From positions 1 to 55,291 of the forward strand of contig JBFHTA010000001.1 of the NCBI GenBank assembly GCA_041590855.1: a stretch of 55,291 nucleotides of DNA. The letters run 5' to 3'. A program made the position numbers and the translations under genes. Origin of the DNA: Pseudomonadales bacterium (GTDB taxonomy: Bacteria > Pseudomonadota > Gammaproteobacteria > Pseudomonadales > Litoribrevibacteraceae). Shown piece after piece: positions 33,243 to 42,057 of this stretch; the first letter of the stretch is position 1; every line of letters starts with the position of its first letter. Below the pieces are notes generated by a model that was not told where the DNA came from, did not search any database, and saw only the letters and a list, made by a program, of their open reading frames with translations.

Positions 33243-33273
33243 TTGACCTGTGTGTTACTCACAGGTTTAACCT
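33243..33273 (+). promoter_or_regulatory. MerR-family (CueR-type) promoter/operator
   Basis: -35 TTGACC (33243-33248), 19-bp spacer, -10 TAACCT (33268-33273), dyad ACCTGTG-N7-CACAGGT (33246-33266). Confidence 0.88.
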
Positions 33274-33322
33274 AAAGGAAGATACCCTAAATACGGTACA
33301 AAAGTACGAAGGAGCATTAGCG

Positions 33323-35629
33323 ATGACTCAGGTATTGAAGCCGGCCTCTGAGCTGGCTGCGTCCGAAAAGGACATCCCAAGCCAAATCAATGATCGTGAC
33401 CATCAAATGGTTCTGATGATCGAAGGCGCCGGCTGTGCAAGCTGCGTAGGAAAAATTGAAAAGGCGTTAAAACAGGTACCTAATGTCACCAACGCAGAAA
33501 TGAATTTCGCTGACCGCACCGTCCTCGTGGAAGGTACCGCAACACAGGAACAATTGATTCAGGCCGTACATAATGCTGGCTATCAGGCAAAAGCCACTAA
33601 CACTACAGACAGCACAGATGGCGTCGAAGCTAAAGAAAAAGAAGATGCAGACTACTACAAACGCCTGTTAAGCGAGATGGCCGTTGCTCTTGCATTGGGA
33701 ATTCCACTGATGGCTTATGGCCTAATTACAGGTGAAATGTCGGTTAATACCCCAACCGAACGCATCGTTTGGTTAATCGTTGGCCTTCTGACACTGACCG
33801 TAATGATCTTCTCTGGTCGTCATTTTTATAGTGGAGCCTGGCTATCCTTTAAAAACCATTCCGCAAACATGGATACTCTCATTGCGCTGGGCACAGGCAC
33901 TGCCTGGGTTTACTCCATGGCCGTGGTGCTCTTCCCGGATATGATACCGACGGTGGCCCGTCACGTTTATTTTGAAGCCACAGCTATGATCATTGGCCTA
34001 ATTAATCTGGGATTAGCGCTGGAGCTAAAAGCCCGGGGTCGAACCTCTGAAGCAATAAAGCGCTTGATAGGTCTTCAAGCGAAGACAGCCAGAGTAATCA
34101 GAAATGGACAAGAAATTGATATCCCCATAGAGCAAGTACTTATCGGTGATAAAGTCCGGGTTCGTCCCGGAGAAAAAATCTCGGTCGATGGCCTTGTTCT
34201 TGAAGGACTTTCAGCCATTGATGAATCCATGTTGACCGGAGAACCTATCCCTGTCGAAAAACACCCCGGTGATGACATCTCGGCAGGCACCATCAATAAA
34301 ACCGGCAGCCTGATTTTTGAAGCGACTCGTGTCGGCAAAGATACCGCACTCGCACGCATAATTAACATGGTAAAACGTGCCCAGAACTCCAAACCTCCAA
34401 TTGGGCGCATGGCCGATGTCATTTCAACGTATTTTGTGCCGGTTATCATGATAATTGCCATTCTTAGTGCACTGGCCTGGCTCAATTTCGGCCCTGAACC
34501 CTCGATCGCCTTTGCGATCATATCGGCAACTACGGTGCTGATCATTGCCTGCCCTTGCGCTCTGGGCCTTGCTACACCAATGTCGGTAATGGTGGGTGTC
34601 GGAAAGGCAGCAGAAGCAGGTGTATTGATTCGAAACGGTGAAGCCTTACAAACTGCATCCAAGATCACAGCCATGGTTCTGGACAAAACAGGGACCATTA
34701 CACTCGGTGAGCCCAAGGTCACTGACATAGTACTGACAGCAAACGAGTCGCAAGACACCGTCCTTCAGTTGGCGGCCAGCCTTGAGTCCGGCTCAGAGCA
34801 CCCGCTAGCGCAGGCCATTACCGAATCAGCAAAAGCACAGCAACTTGAACTACTTCCGCTCGACTCCTTTAATACCCTGGCAGGTCATGGTGTTGAAGCC
34901 AGTATCAATGCCAAGAAGCTGCTGTTTGGAAATGAAAAGCTGATGCAGAAAAACAAGATCGATATCAAGCGTTATGTCGATCAGGCCCAACAGCTGGCGC
35001 AAGAGGGCAAAACTCCGATGTACTTTGCAGTAAATGACATTCTGGTTGCCATCATAGCAGTTGCGGACCCAATTAAAGACGACTCTGTGGAAGCTATCCG
35101 GCGATTACAAGCGAATGGAATAAAGGTCATCATGTTAACCGGCGACAACCGTAACACCGCAAAAGCCGTCGCCGAAAAGGTGGGAATTACCGAGTATTAC
35201 GCCGAAGTTCTGCCGGAAGACAAATCTCAAAAAATTCAAGCACTTCAAATGAAGGGAGAAATTGTCGGCATGACCGGAGACGGCATTAATGATGCACCAG
35301 CCCTGGCAATAGCAAACGTAGGCTTTGCCATCGGGACTGGAACCGATGTCGCCATTGAAAGCGCCGACATTACGCTAATGCGAGGCTCGTTGCATGGTTT
35401 AGCGGATGCCATCGCAATCAGTAAAGCAACACTCACCAACATTAAACAAAACCTGTTTGGGGCCTTTATTTATAACTCAGCGGGCGTCCCCATTGCGGCG
35501 GGTCTGCTGTATCCATTTTTTGGCTTACTAATGAGCCCGGTGATTGCAGGCGCGACAATGGCTTTCTCTTCCGTAACCGTTGTTACCAACGCAAACCGCT
35601 TGCGTTGGTTTAAAGCCAGTGAACACTAG
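33323..35629 (+). CDS. copA: Cu(I)-translocating P1B-type ATPase
   Basis: GAGCASC metal-binding domain, [28 protein letters not shown] and MAFSS motifs. Confidence 0.96.
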   Translation: MTQVLKPASELAASEKDIPSQINDRDHQMVLMIEGAGCASCVGKIEKALKQVPNVTNAEMNFADRTVLVEGTATQEQLIQAVHNAGYQAKATNTTDSTDGVEAKEKEDADYYKRLLSEMAVALALGIPLMAYGLITGEMSVNTPTERIVWLIVGLLTLTVMIFSGRHFYSGAWLSFKNHSANMDTLIALGTGTAWVYSMAVVLFPDMIPTVARHVYFEATAMIIGLINLGLALELKARGRTSEAIKRLIGLQAKTARVIRNGQEIDIPIEQVLIGDKVRVRPGEKISVDGLVLEGLSAIDESMLTGEPIPVEKHPGDDISAGTINKTGSLIFEATRVGKDTALARIINMVKRAQNSKPPIGRMADVISTYFVPVIMIIAILSALAWLNFGPEPSIAFAIISATTVLIIACPCALGLATPMSVMVGVGKAAEAGVLIRNGEALQTASKITAMVLDKTGTITLGEPKVTDIVLTANESQDTVLQLAASLESGSEHPLAQAITESAKAQQLELLPLDSFNTLAGHGVEASINAKKLLFGNEKLMQKNKIDIKRYVDQAQQLAQEGKTPMYFAVNDILVAIIAVADPIKDDSVEAIRRLQANGIKVIMLTGDNRNTAKAVAEKVGITEYYAEVLPEDKSQKIQALQMKGEIVGMTGDGINDAPALAIANVGFAIGTGTDVAIESADITLMRGSLHGLADAIAISKATLTNIKQNLFGAFIYNSAGVPIAAGLLYPFFGLLMSPVIAGATMAFSSVTVVTNANRLRWFKASEH

Positions 35630-35640
35630 GAGAATTAACA

Positions 35641-36006
35641 ATGCTATGGATTAATCTAATGGGGTTGGCGCTGATTGTAGCTATTGTGTGGTGGTTCTGG
35701 CTGTATCAACCAAAAGAACGCAATTACGTGCTGAATCAGCCAAACAAAATTGAAGTAGCAGGAGGCGTTTACACCCCATCTGTCATAAACGTTCCCGCAC
35801 ATAGGGAAACCAGTCTGTCGTTTTTACGTACGGACCCATCACCCTGCGCCGAATACCTGATATTTCCGGATTTGGAAATAAACGAGTTACTGCCCGTCAA
35901 TCAAGTCAAGGAGATAAAACTACCCGCTCTCAGCCCTGGTCGCTATCCGTTCCATTGTCAGATGCAAATGTATCGGGGCCAACTTCATGTTGAAGGAGAA
36001 GAATAA
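35641..36006 (+). CDS. Membrane-anchored cupredoxin-domain protein (CupA-like)
   Basis: N-terminal TM, SPCAE and FHCQMQMYRG motifs. Confidence 0.88.
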   Translation: MLWINLMGLALIVAIVWWFWLYQPKERNYVLNQPNKIEVAGGVYTPSVINVPAHRETSLSFLRTDPSPCAEYLIFPDLEINELLPVNQVKEIKLPALSPGRYPFHCQMQMYRGQLHVEGEE

Positions 36007-36350
36007 TGTCTCTCAAAAAAGTTACAGCCATCTTTGATGAGCTTTGTTTAAGCAATGTTGAACAAGCGCTGGAAAAGCACGGTGTCATTGGATACACCGT
36101 CTATCACGTTAAAGGTCGGGGAAAATATTACGACAGTTATAACAAGGGTCGGTTAATTCCCCATATACAAATGGATTTGTACACACACGAGCGCCATGCG
36201 GAAGCCATTGCCCAACTGATTATGTCGACCACCTATGTCAACGCAGAAAGCGAAGGGCTGGTCTGTATTCAAGCATTAGATGAACTCTACTGGATACATG
36301 GTCGCCGGCCTTGTACAGACGAAGACTTTGGTTTTAAGGAGTCGTTATGA
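36006..36350 (+). CDS. PII-like protein
   Basis: KKVTAI, V.G.TV..VKGRG and EGLV pattern of the PII fold; coupled to neighbours by start/stop overlaps. Confidence 0.82.
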   Translation: MSLKKVTAIFDELCLSNVEQALEKHGVIGYTVYHVKGRGKYYDSYNKGRLIPHIQMDLYTHERHAEAIAQLIMSTTYVNAESEGLVCIQALDELYWIHGRRPCTDEDFGFKESL

Positions 36351-36553
36351 ACCCCAAATCGCACACCAGAGTGTCCATTTCCATGCTGACATGTATTGGT
36401 ATGATAGCTGTTTTTAGCTACTTATTACTGAAAGGAGAGCCTTCCGAACTCGATGCCTGGCTTCCTATAGTTGTGCTCATCACCTGCCCGCTTATGCATG
36501 TGTTTATGCATAGAGATCATCACAAGCATAAATCGAATGATCAGGAGGAATAG
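36347..36553 (+). CDS. DUF2933-family small membrane protein
   Basis: Two hydrophobic segments then CPLMHVFMHRDHH; ATGA overlap and AAGGAG RBS. Confidence 0.82.
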   Translation: MNPKSHTRVSISMLTCIGMIAVFSYLLLKGEPSELDAWLPIVVLITCPLMHVFMHRDHHKHKSNDQEE

Positions 36554-36660
36554 TCAAAAATAAGAACAAGTAATTGCTATAGGATTAGTTGCTACTTTTA
36601 GACTCTCGCCACTTTATGACGGCTTCTGTTGCTTCATTTGAAAGCCTTGTCAACTACGCA

Positions 36661-36852
36661 TTACCAATGAACATTTTCTTTATCAGCGATTTTTCTCAAC
36701 TTACTTGAGAACTCCAGAATCTCTTCTTTGTTAAACCCACAATATGTAGTTAAAGCACTCTCAGAAATATTGGTAACTAATGCAGCACCACTTTGTATCA
36801 GATAAATTAGTTCACGCTCAGACAAAGTAATTTGTATTCTTTTCTCACTCAT
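36661..36852 (-). CDS. Small AT-rich hypothetical protein (start probably ATG 36852)
   Basis: 63-aa ORF MSEKRIQITLSERELIYL... filling the gap between the Cu operon and the DUF2721-like gene; weak RBS. Confidence 0.5.
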   Translation of the reverse strand: MSEKRIQITLSERELIYLIQSGAALVTNISESALTTYCGFNKEEILEFSSKLRKIADKENVHW

Positions 36853-36911
36853 AAACAAAAAACTCTTCAATGATCATCAAGGTCATTACTTTTAAGGTCT
36901 TTTCAGGAAGG

Positions 36912-37373
36912 TTACTTATCATCCTCAGATTCATACGTCTCAATCTTCAGCGTTGCTGTAGCGACACTCACTTCACAGAAAAACGACAACAGTCCGCCGG
37001 TAATGCCTAGCATCGTCAGCATAAATAAGATGATGATTTCGGATCGCAGGTCATAGTCAATCAATCCATTCAACAACAGCAGAACGACGTCCAGACAGAT
37101 AATCACGGCTGCACCCGTTAAGAAGGTAATAGACCAGTTAGCGAAACTCATGCGACGTTTTAATGAGGCCAGTTCTCGCCTCACCAATTTATTGGCGGTT
37201 AATTCTTTGGCCAACAATTTCTGATCAATATAACGGGCACGATCAATAATTCGCGCCAATCGGCCAGTTACTGCATTCAAAATCTGACCAATACCAACAA
37301 TCAAAAATACCGGCGCCAACGCCAATTGGATTAACTCAACCACGTTATCGGTTTGGACCAGCTCAACCGCCAT
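36912..37373 (-). CDS. DUF2721-like membrane protein
   Basis: IQLALAPVFLIVGIG..LN..TGRLARIIDRAR signature; three TM helices. Confidence 0.82.
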   Translation of the reverse strand: MAVELVQTDNVVELIQLALAPVFLIVGIGQILNAVTGRLARIIDRARYIDQKLLAKELTANKLVRRELASLKRRMSFANWSITFLTGAAVIICLDVVLLLLNGLIDYDLRSEIIILFMLTMLGITGGLLSFFCEVSVATATLKIETYESEDDK

Positions 37374-37503
37374 GAAGAAATGCCTTTTGAAGTTAGGAAA
37401 AGAGACTCAGCATCATAGGCTTTCTTGGATCAAGAACCAATGATTGATCGATGCCTATTTAACAGTTCGTCTAAGATCAGTGGTTGAAGATAAGGAACAA
37501 ACA

Positions 37504-37896
37504 TTAATTCAATGTCTGCCCCTGTTTTTGTCGTCTGGTTTGACGTAATTCGGAGTGGGCTTGCTCTTCCTTCAGCAAGCGAGAAGAATCGACTGACTCT
37601 AGAGGTTCGTTAAGATCACGTTGGAGTAGACCATCAGAGGTCATCGACAAATATCGCCCGCAACAGACACGCAAAAAGGAAGAGAAGTTGCTGATGTCGT
37701 GCTCCGCATCCATTGATTCCAAGTAAAGCTTAGAAATCATCTGAGTCACGGTCATGCCATCTCGGCTCGCTAATTCTTCCAAAACGTCCCAGAAGAAGTT
37801 TTCCAACCGTACAGAAGTAACCACCCCATCTATTCGTAAAGAACGGGTTTTACTCACCCACAACGACTCATCGGCATTAATGAACAACTGACACAC
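37504..37896 (-). CDS. Ribbon-helix-helix domain protein (start moved to GTG 37896)
   Basis: MCQLFINAD start with AAGGAAG RBS; TRSLRIDGVVTSVRLENFFW and NFSSFLRVCC; follows pfpI-like gene. Confidence 0.85.
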   Translation of the reverse strand: MCQLFINADESLWVSKTRSLRIDGVVTSVRLENFFWDVLEELASRDGMTVTQMISKLYLESMDAEHDISNFSSFLRVCCGRYLSMTSDGLLQRDLNEPLESVDSSRLLKEEQAHSELRQTRRQKQGQTLN

Positions 37897-37922
37897 ATTC
37901 TCTTCCTTTTGCGATAAAACGA

Positions 37923-38480
37923 TTAAAACAGCGCCGTAAATTGCTTTAAGAATTCCGGATGCGCAGGCCATGCCGGGGCTGTCACTAACTGACCGTCGGT
38001 GATGGCTTGATCCATTTCCAGTGATACGTACTCACCACCGGCCAAAGTCACTTCAGGCGCACACGCAGGATACGCCGAGACTTTCTTACCTTCAATCACA
38101 CCTGCTGCCGTTAATAGCTGAGCGCCATGACAGATCGCTGCAATCGGCAGGTTGTTGGCCGCAAAGGCTTGAATGATTTCAATGACTTTGGAATTTAAAC
38201 GAAGATATTCTGGTGCCCGACCACCCGGCAAGTAAAGTGCATCGTAGTCAGAAAGGTCGATAGAAGAAAAGTCCGCGTTCAGTACAAAGTTGTGCCCGCG
38301 CTTTTCTGTGTAGGTTTGGTCGCCTTCAAAATCATGAATGGCGGTCGCGATGGATTCACCGGCTTTCTTGTCAGGGCACACCGCATCCACGTCGTGCCCC
38401 ATCGCGATGAGCGCCTGAAACGGCACCATGTTTTCGTAATCTTCAACAAAGTCGCCTGTAATCATTAATACCCGTGCCAT
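37923..38480 (-). CDS. DJ-1/PfpI family protein
   Basis: [18 protein letters not shown], nucleophile AICHG. Confidence 0.93.
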   Translation of the reverse strand: MARVLMITGDFVEDYENMVPFQALIAMGHDVDAVCPDKKAGESIATAIHDFEGDQTYTEKRGHNFVLNADFSSIDLSDYDALYLPGGRAPEYLRLNSKVIEIIQAFAANNLPIAAICHGAQLLTAAGVIEGKKVSAYPACAPEVTLAGGEYVSLEMDQAITDGQLVTAPAWPAHPEFLKQFTALF

Positions 38481-38587
38481 TGTTTGCTCCTGTTGTTAAC
38501 TGATTTAACTTAACTGATTCAATGTTTGCTCAGTTTAACAAGCCGCCAATGGCAACGGGTCACAGCATAGTACTACACGCAAAAAAT

Positions 38588-38620
38588 CACATGAATAAAT
38601 AGCACATGAATAAATAGCAC
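38588..38620. repeat. Perfect 15-bp tandem duplication upstream of pfpI-like gene
   Basis: CACATGAATAAATAG x2 + CAC. Confidence 0.9.
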
Positions 38621-38635
38621 TTCACGCGTAGTAAA

Positions 38636-40633
38636 TTAAGGCTCAACAATATTGAACACACCTTTGGGTTGATCAAACAACCGGAAAAAATTCACCAGAT
38701 CAAGTGTACTGCCCTCTACTTCCAGATCGTCGGAAAACAAGGTGTCTTTAATTCCGGCTTCACCTATGGCCATGTTAAGAAACAGCTCATGTGTCACTTT
38801 TAAGGTCGCATCAGCATCGCCAGCCACATCCGCTTTTTGATGATGAAGTACCGCATTTTCAATCCACAATACATAGTTTTCATTAAGATCAGTGAAGGTG
38901 ATATTGATTTTATAATCTTCACCAAAGGCGTCCGGTCCAATCAATCGAGATGCCATGGAGATAAAGAAATTCTCAACAGGCGCTTCTCTTAACACCCCCT
39001 TCATCATGGCAATATCAACACCTTTTTCCGGCCCCCCGTGTCTCAACTCATAGGCACCGGTTAAGTAAACATCGCGCCAAGGGCCAGATTCTGCCTGATA
39101 GCCTAACTGATCATAGGTGTTGGCTAATAACGCTCTTGCCGCCTGGTTATCGGGTTCCGAAAACACCAGATGATTCAGTAATTCCGCCACCCAGCGATAT
39201 TCACCTCGGTCGAATGATTCTTGAGCTTTACTGAGCACCTGATCTGCTCCACCCATCATGTCGATGTACTTCGAGGAAGACACAGTACGTGGCAATGGGT
39301 CCAAGTGCGCCGGATTGCCATCAAACCAGCCCATATAGCCTTGATAGATGGCTTTGGCATTGTGCTTAACGGTGCCGTAATACCCTCGGTTGGAGAAATT
39401 CTTAGCCAGGCTCGGAGGTAAGGTCAGCTCTTCTGCTATTTCATCCGGAGTTAAACCTGCATTCAGCATGCGAACACTTTGATCATGAATGTATTTATAG
39501 GTGTCTCTTTGGGCTTTTAGGAAATTAATAATCTTGTCGGATTCCCAAATAGGCCAATGATGGCTACCAAAATACAACTCACTTTTTTCAGCGTACTCGA
39601 TGGCATCATTGATGTAACTACTCCACTTGAGCGCATCCCGAACTTTGGCGCCTCGCAAGGTGTAGAGATTATGCATGGTTCGCGAAACCATTTCTGCGCC
39701 ACACCACGCCTTATATTTCGGGATATAGAAAGTAAATTCCGAAGGCGCTTCAGAACCTGATACCACTTGAAACTCAAAATCAACGCCATCAATAACATGC
39801 GTTTCTGTGGGTTCTGAAATGGTCAGGTTCGGTTCAAGAATACCGAAGGAACCAAAGGCTGGCTCTTTCCCTAAGCCAGAACCGATATGGCCTCGCTCCG
39901 ACTTAGGCAAACGCTTACCGTACATAAACATCGAACGACGCCCCATGGCCATACCAGCCACCACGTTCTCACTGGTTGCTTCTTCCATAAACCCGGCAGG
40001 CGCAACAATCGGAATGGGCCGTTGCGCCAATTCATCGTTTGAAACAATGCCCAAGGCACCACCAAAATGATCGATATGAGAGTGGGTAAAGAGAATTGCG
40101 GATACCGGACGTTCACCGAGCTTCTCGTTCACAAAATCTAACGCGACTTTGGCCGTTTCCGCCGTGGTCAATGGGTCAACGATGATCCAACCTGTTTGAC
40201 CTTCGATGACGGTCATATTGGCCAAGTCAAACCCACGCACTTGATAAATCTTGTCCGAGATCTGATATAGCCCATGAAGATTGTTGAGCGACGCTTGCCG
40301 CCATAAACTGGGGTTCACCGAGTCAGGCGCATCACCTTGGACAAAATCGTAGGCCGTGGTATCCCAAATCGTCCCACCTTGAGCATTTTTCACCTGCAAA
40401 CCGGGAATGCTACCAATAAAGCCTCGTTTCGATTGACTGAAATCCTCAGTATCTTCAAATGGCAAAGACTCCAGCACCGAGTGCTGATGCTGCTTGGTAT
40501 ATGACGTTGCTGGCGTAAACCCGTGCTCATCCGCTACCTGATCTGAGGAACCGGTTTCATCATTATTCTGACCACACCCCCAGAGCGCGGTTATAATCCC
40601 CAAAGTGAATACTGTTTTACTGACTGACTTCAA
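38636..40633 (-). CDS. Alkyl sulfatase (SdsA1/YjcS type, MBL fold), predicted lipoprotein (start moved to TTG 40633)
   Basis: NPSLWRQA, YQVRGFDLAN, THSHIDHFGG, HNLYTLRGAKVRD, HHWP, RGYYG; C-terminal SCP2-like domain; GAGGTG RBS then MKSVSKTVFTLGIITALWG-C lipobox. Confidence 0.93.
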   Translation of the reverse strand: MKSVSKTVFTLGIITALWGCGQNNDETGSSDQVADEHGFTPATSYTKQHQHSVLESLPFEDTEDFSQSKRGFIGSIPGLQVKNAQGGTIWDTTAYDFVQGDAPDSVNPSLWRQASLNNLHGLYQISDKIYQVRGFDLANMTVIEGQTGWIIVDPLTTAETAKVALDFVNEKLGERPVSAILFTHSHIDHFGGALGIVSNDELAQRPIPIVAPAGFMEEATSENVVAGMAMGRRSMFMYGKRLPKSERGHIGSGLGKEPAFGSFGILEPNLTISEPTETHVIDGVDFEFQVVSGSEAPSEFTFYIPKYKAWCGAEMVSRTMHNLYTLRGAKVRDALKWSSYINDAIEYAEKSELYFGSHHWPIWESDKIINFLKAQRDTYKYIHDQSVRMLNAGLTPDEIAEELTLPPSLAKNFSNRGYYGTVKHNAKAIYQGYMGWFDGNPAHLDPLPRTVSSSKYIDMMGGADQVLSKAQESFDRGEYRWVAELLNHLVFSEPDNQAARALLANTYDQLGYQAESGPWRDVYLTGAYELRHGGPEKGVDIAMMKGVLREAPVENFFISMASRLIGPDAFGEDYKINITFTDLNENYVLWIENAVLHHQKADVAGDADATLKVTHELFLNMAIGEAGIKDTLFSDDLEVEGSTLDLVNFFRLFDQPKGVFNIVEP

Positions 40634-40660
40634 AATTTCACCTCTTACACTCACTGCAGC

Positions 40661-40696
40661 TTACTCGCAACCACACAGAGACAGATGTTGTTTCAT
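40661..40696 (-). CDS. Putative leader peptide MKQHLSLCGCE
   Basis: TGGAGG RBS (40705-40710) 8 nt before ATG 40696; TAA at 40661-40663; same frame as sulfatase. Confidence 0.5.
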   Translation of the reverse strand: MKQHLSLCGCE

Positions 40697-40859
40697 CGTT
40701 GGTGCCTCCAGGGTCCGCCTGATAAGTCCTGAATAGTAAAGAAAGCTACCTTGACTGGCTGGTCTTGAGTTGCCAATTGCTTGTCCTTACCTGCATGGAT
40801 TTAGTTACCACGACAAAATTGAAGCCATCCCGGTTACAAGTGCATCTTGTAACAGATCG

Positions 40860-41861
40860 TCATGGCTGACGTTTGCGATAGGCAGAAGGGGCGCAGCCGT
40901 ACCAGCTCTGACAGGCTCGATTGAAATTACTGACATCGCTGAACCCTAATTTATAAGCGATTTCCGTGACAGCCAGATCGGTGTTGGTAAGGTAAAAATG
41001 CGCCAGCTCTTTGCGCTTCTCGCCCAGTAACTCCCGAAAGCTGGTGTTTTCTGCGTTAAGTCGGCGACTCAGTGAACGTTCGCTTTGATTCAACTGTTCA
41101 GCAATATCGGACAATTTGGGTTCACCATGTGTGAAAGCGGCATGAATGGCCTGATATACCCGATCCCGCCAGGTGCCTTGCTCTATCGAGCTAAGATAGT
41201 CCTGAATTACGTTTTCCGAATACATGGCCATGCGGCTGTCACTGAATGCAGAGTGAGCTTCCAGAACATCCCGCTTCATCCATAAGCAATTGGTCGTCGC
41301 AGAAAACAGGAGATCACAGCCAAAGAACTCCCGCCAAGGATCTGAATTTTTCGGGGTGGGCTTCATCAACTGTACCGACGAAACAAAGGCACGCGAATGC
41401 AGTATTTGCTCACATAACACCACCACGCTGGAAAAAAACGCATCAATCGCTAATGAACTGATCATCACCCCTTCCAAGGGGCGGATTTGAAAACCAATTA
41501 ACTCGGGTGTTCGCTCAACAGACACTTGTCCGGTATTACTGATGACAGAATAATACTTCACCACTTTATCGAAGGTTTCCGCTAACGAACCAGAGGTCAT
41601 CATTAACATCCCCAAGGCACGAAAATGCAATGGATTCACATTCATCCCGACCCGTAATCCAAACGCCGGATTCTGAGTGGCCTGTTCTGCCAACTGCCAC
41701 AACCGGGTCATCTGTTCTATCGGGATTCGAGCTTCCGGATTCGACTGAATCGCTCTGGCATCAATGCCTGCCTGCTCAAGTAAAGCCTCACTCTGAACAC
41801 CAGCAGCATCCAATGCTTTGACAATCGCTAACGACCAGGAAGCCAACGTTGTGTATTTCAT
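40860..41861 (-). CDS. AraC-family transcriptional regulator
   Basis: N-terminal ligand domain (LWQLA...PAFGL), C-terminal double HTH SERSLSRRL and IAYKLGFSDVSNFNRA. Confidence 0.93.
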   Translation of the reverse strand: MKYTTLASWSLAIVKALDAAGVQSEALLEQAGIDARAIQSNPEARIPIEQMTRLWQLAEQATQNPAFGLRVGMNVNPLHFRALGMLMMTSGSLAETFDKVVKYYSVISNTGQVSVERTPELIGFQIRPLEGVMISSLAIDAFFSSVVVLCEQILHSRAFVSSVQLMKPTPKNSDPWREFFGCDLLFSATTNCLWMKRDVLEAHSAFSDSRMAMYSENVIQDYLSSIEQGTWRDRVYQAIHAAFTHGEPKLSDIAEQLNQSERSLSRRLNAENTSFRELLGEKRKELAHFYLTNTDLAVTEIAYKLGFSDVSNFNRACQSWYGCAPSAYRKRQP

Positions 41862-42057
41862 CCCTTACAACCCCAAAAACAACAACTAATCCAAACACTT
41901 AATATAGAAAGTATAAATCAACGCCATTCATAATTTTTCAGCCAAAGTGAAAGAAGTAATCTACACTTGGAAAAACATCATACCTTCCATAAGCCATTAA
42001 CCTAAGGGAAACTTGTCAACTCGCGTTTGTTGATTTAAGTACAAGGAGCACACAAGA

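Noticed and set aside
34075-34758. 227-aa minus-strand ORF
   Set aside because: Antisense shadow of the P-type ATPase
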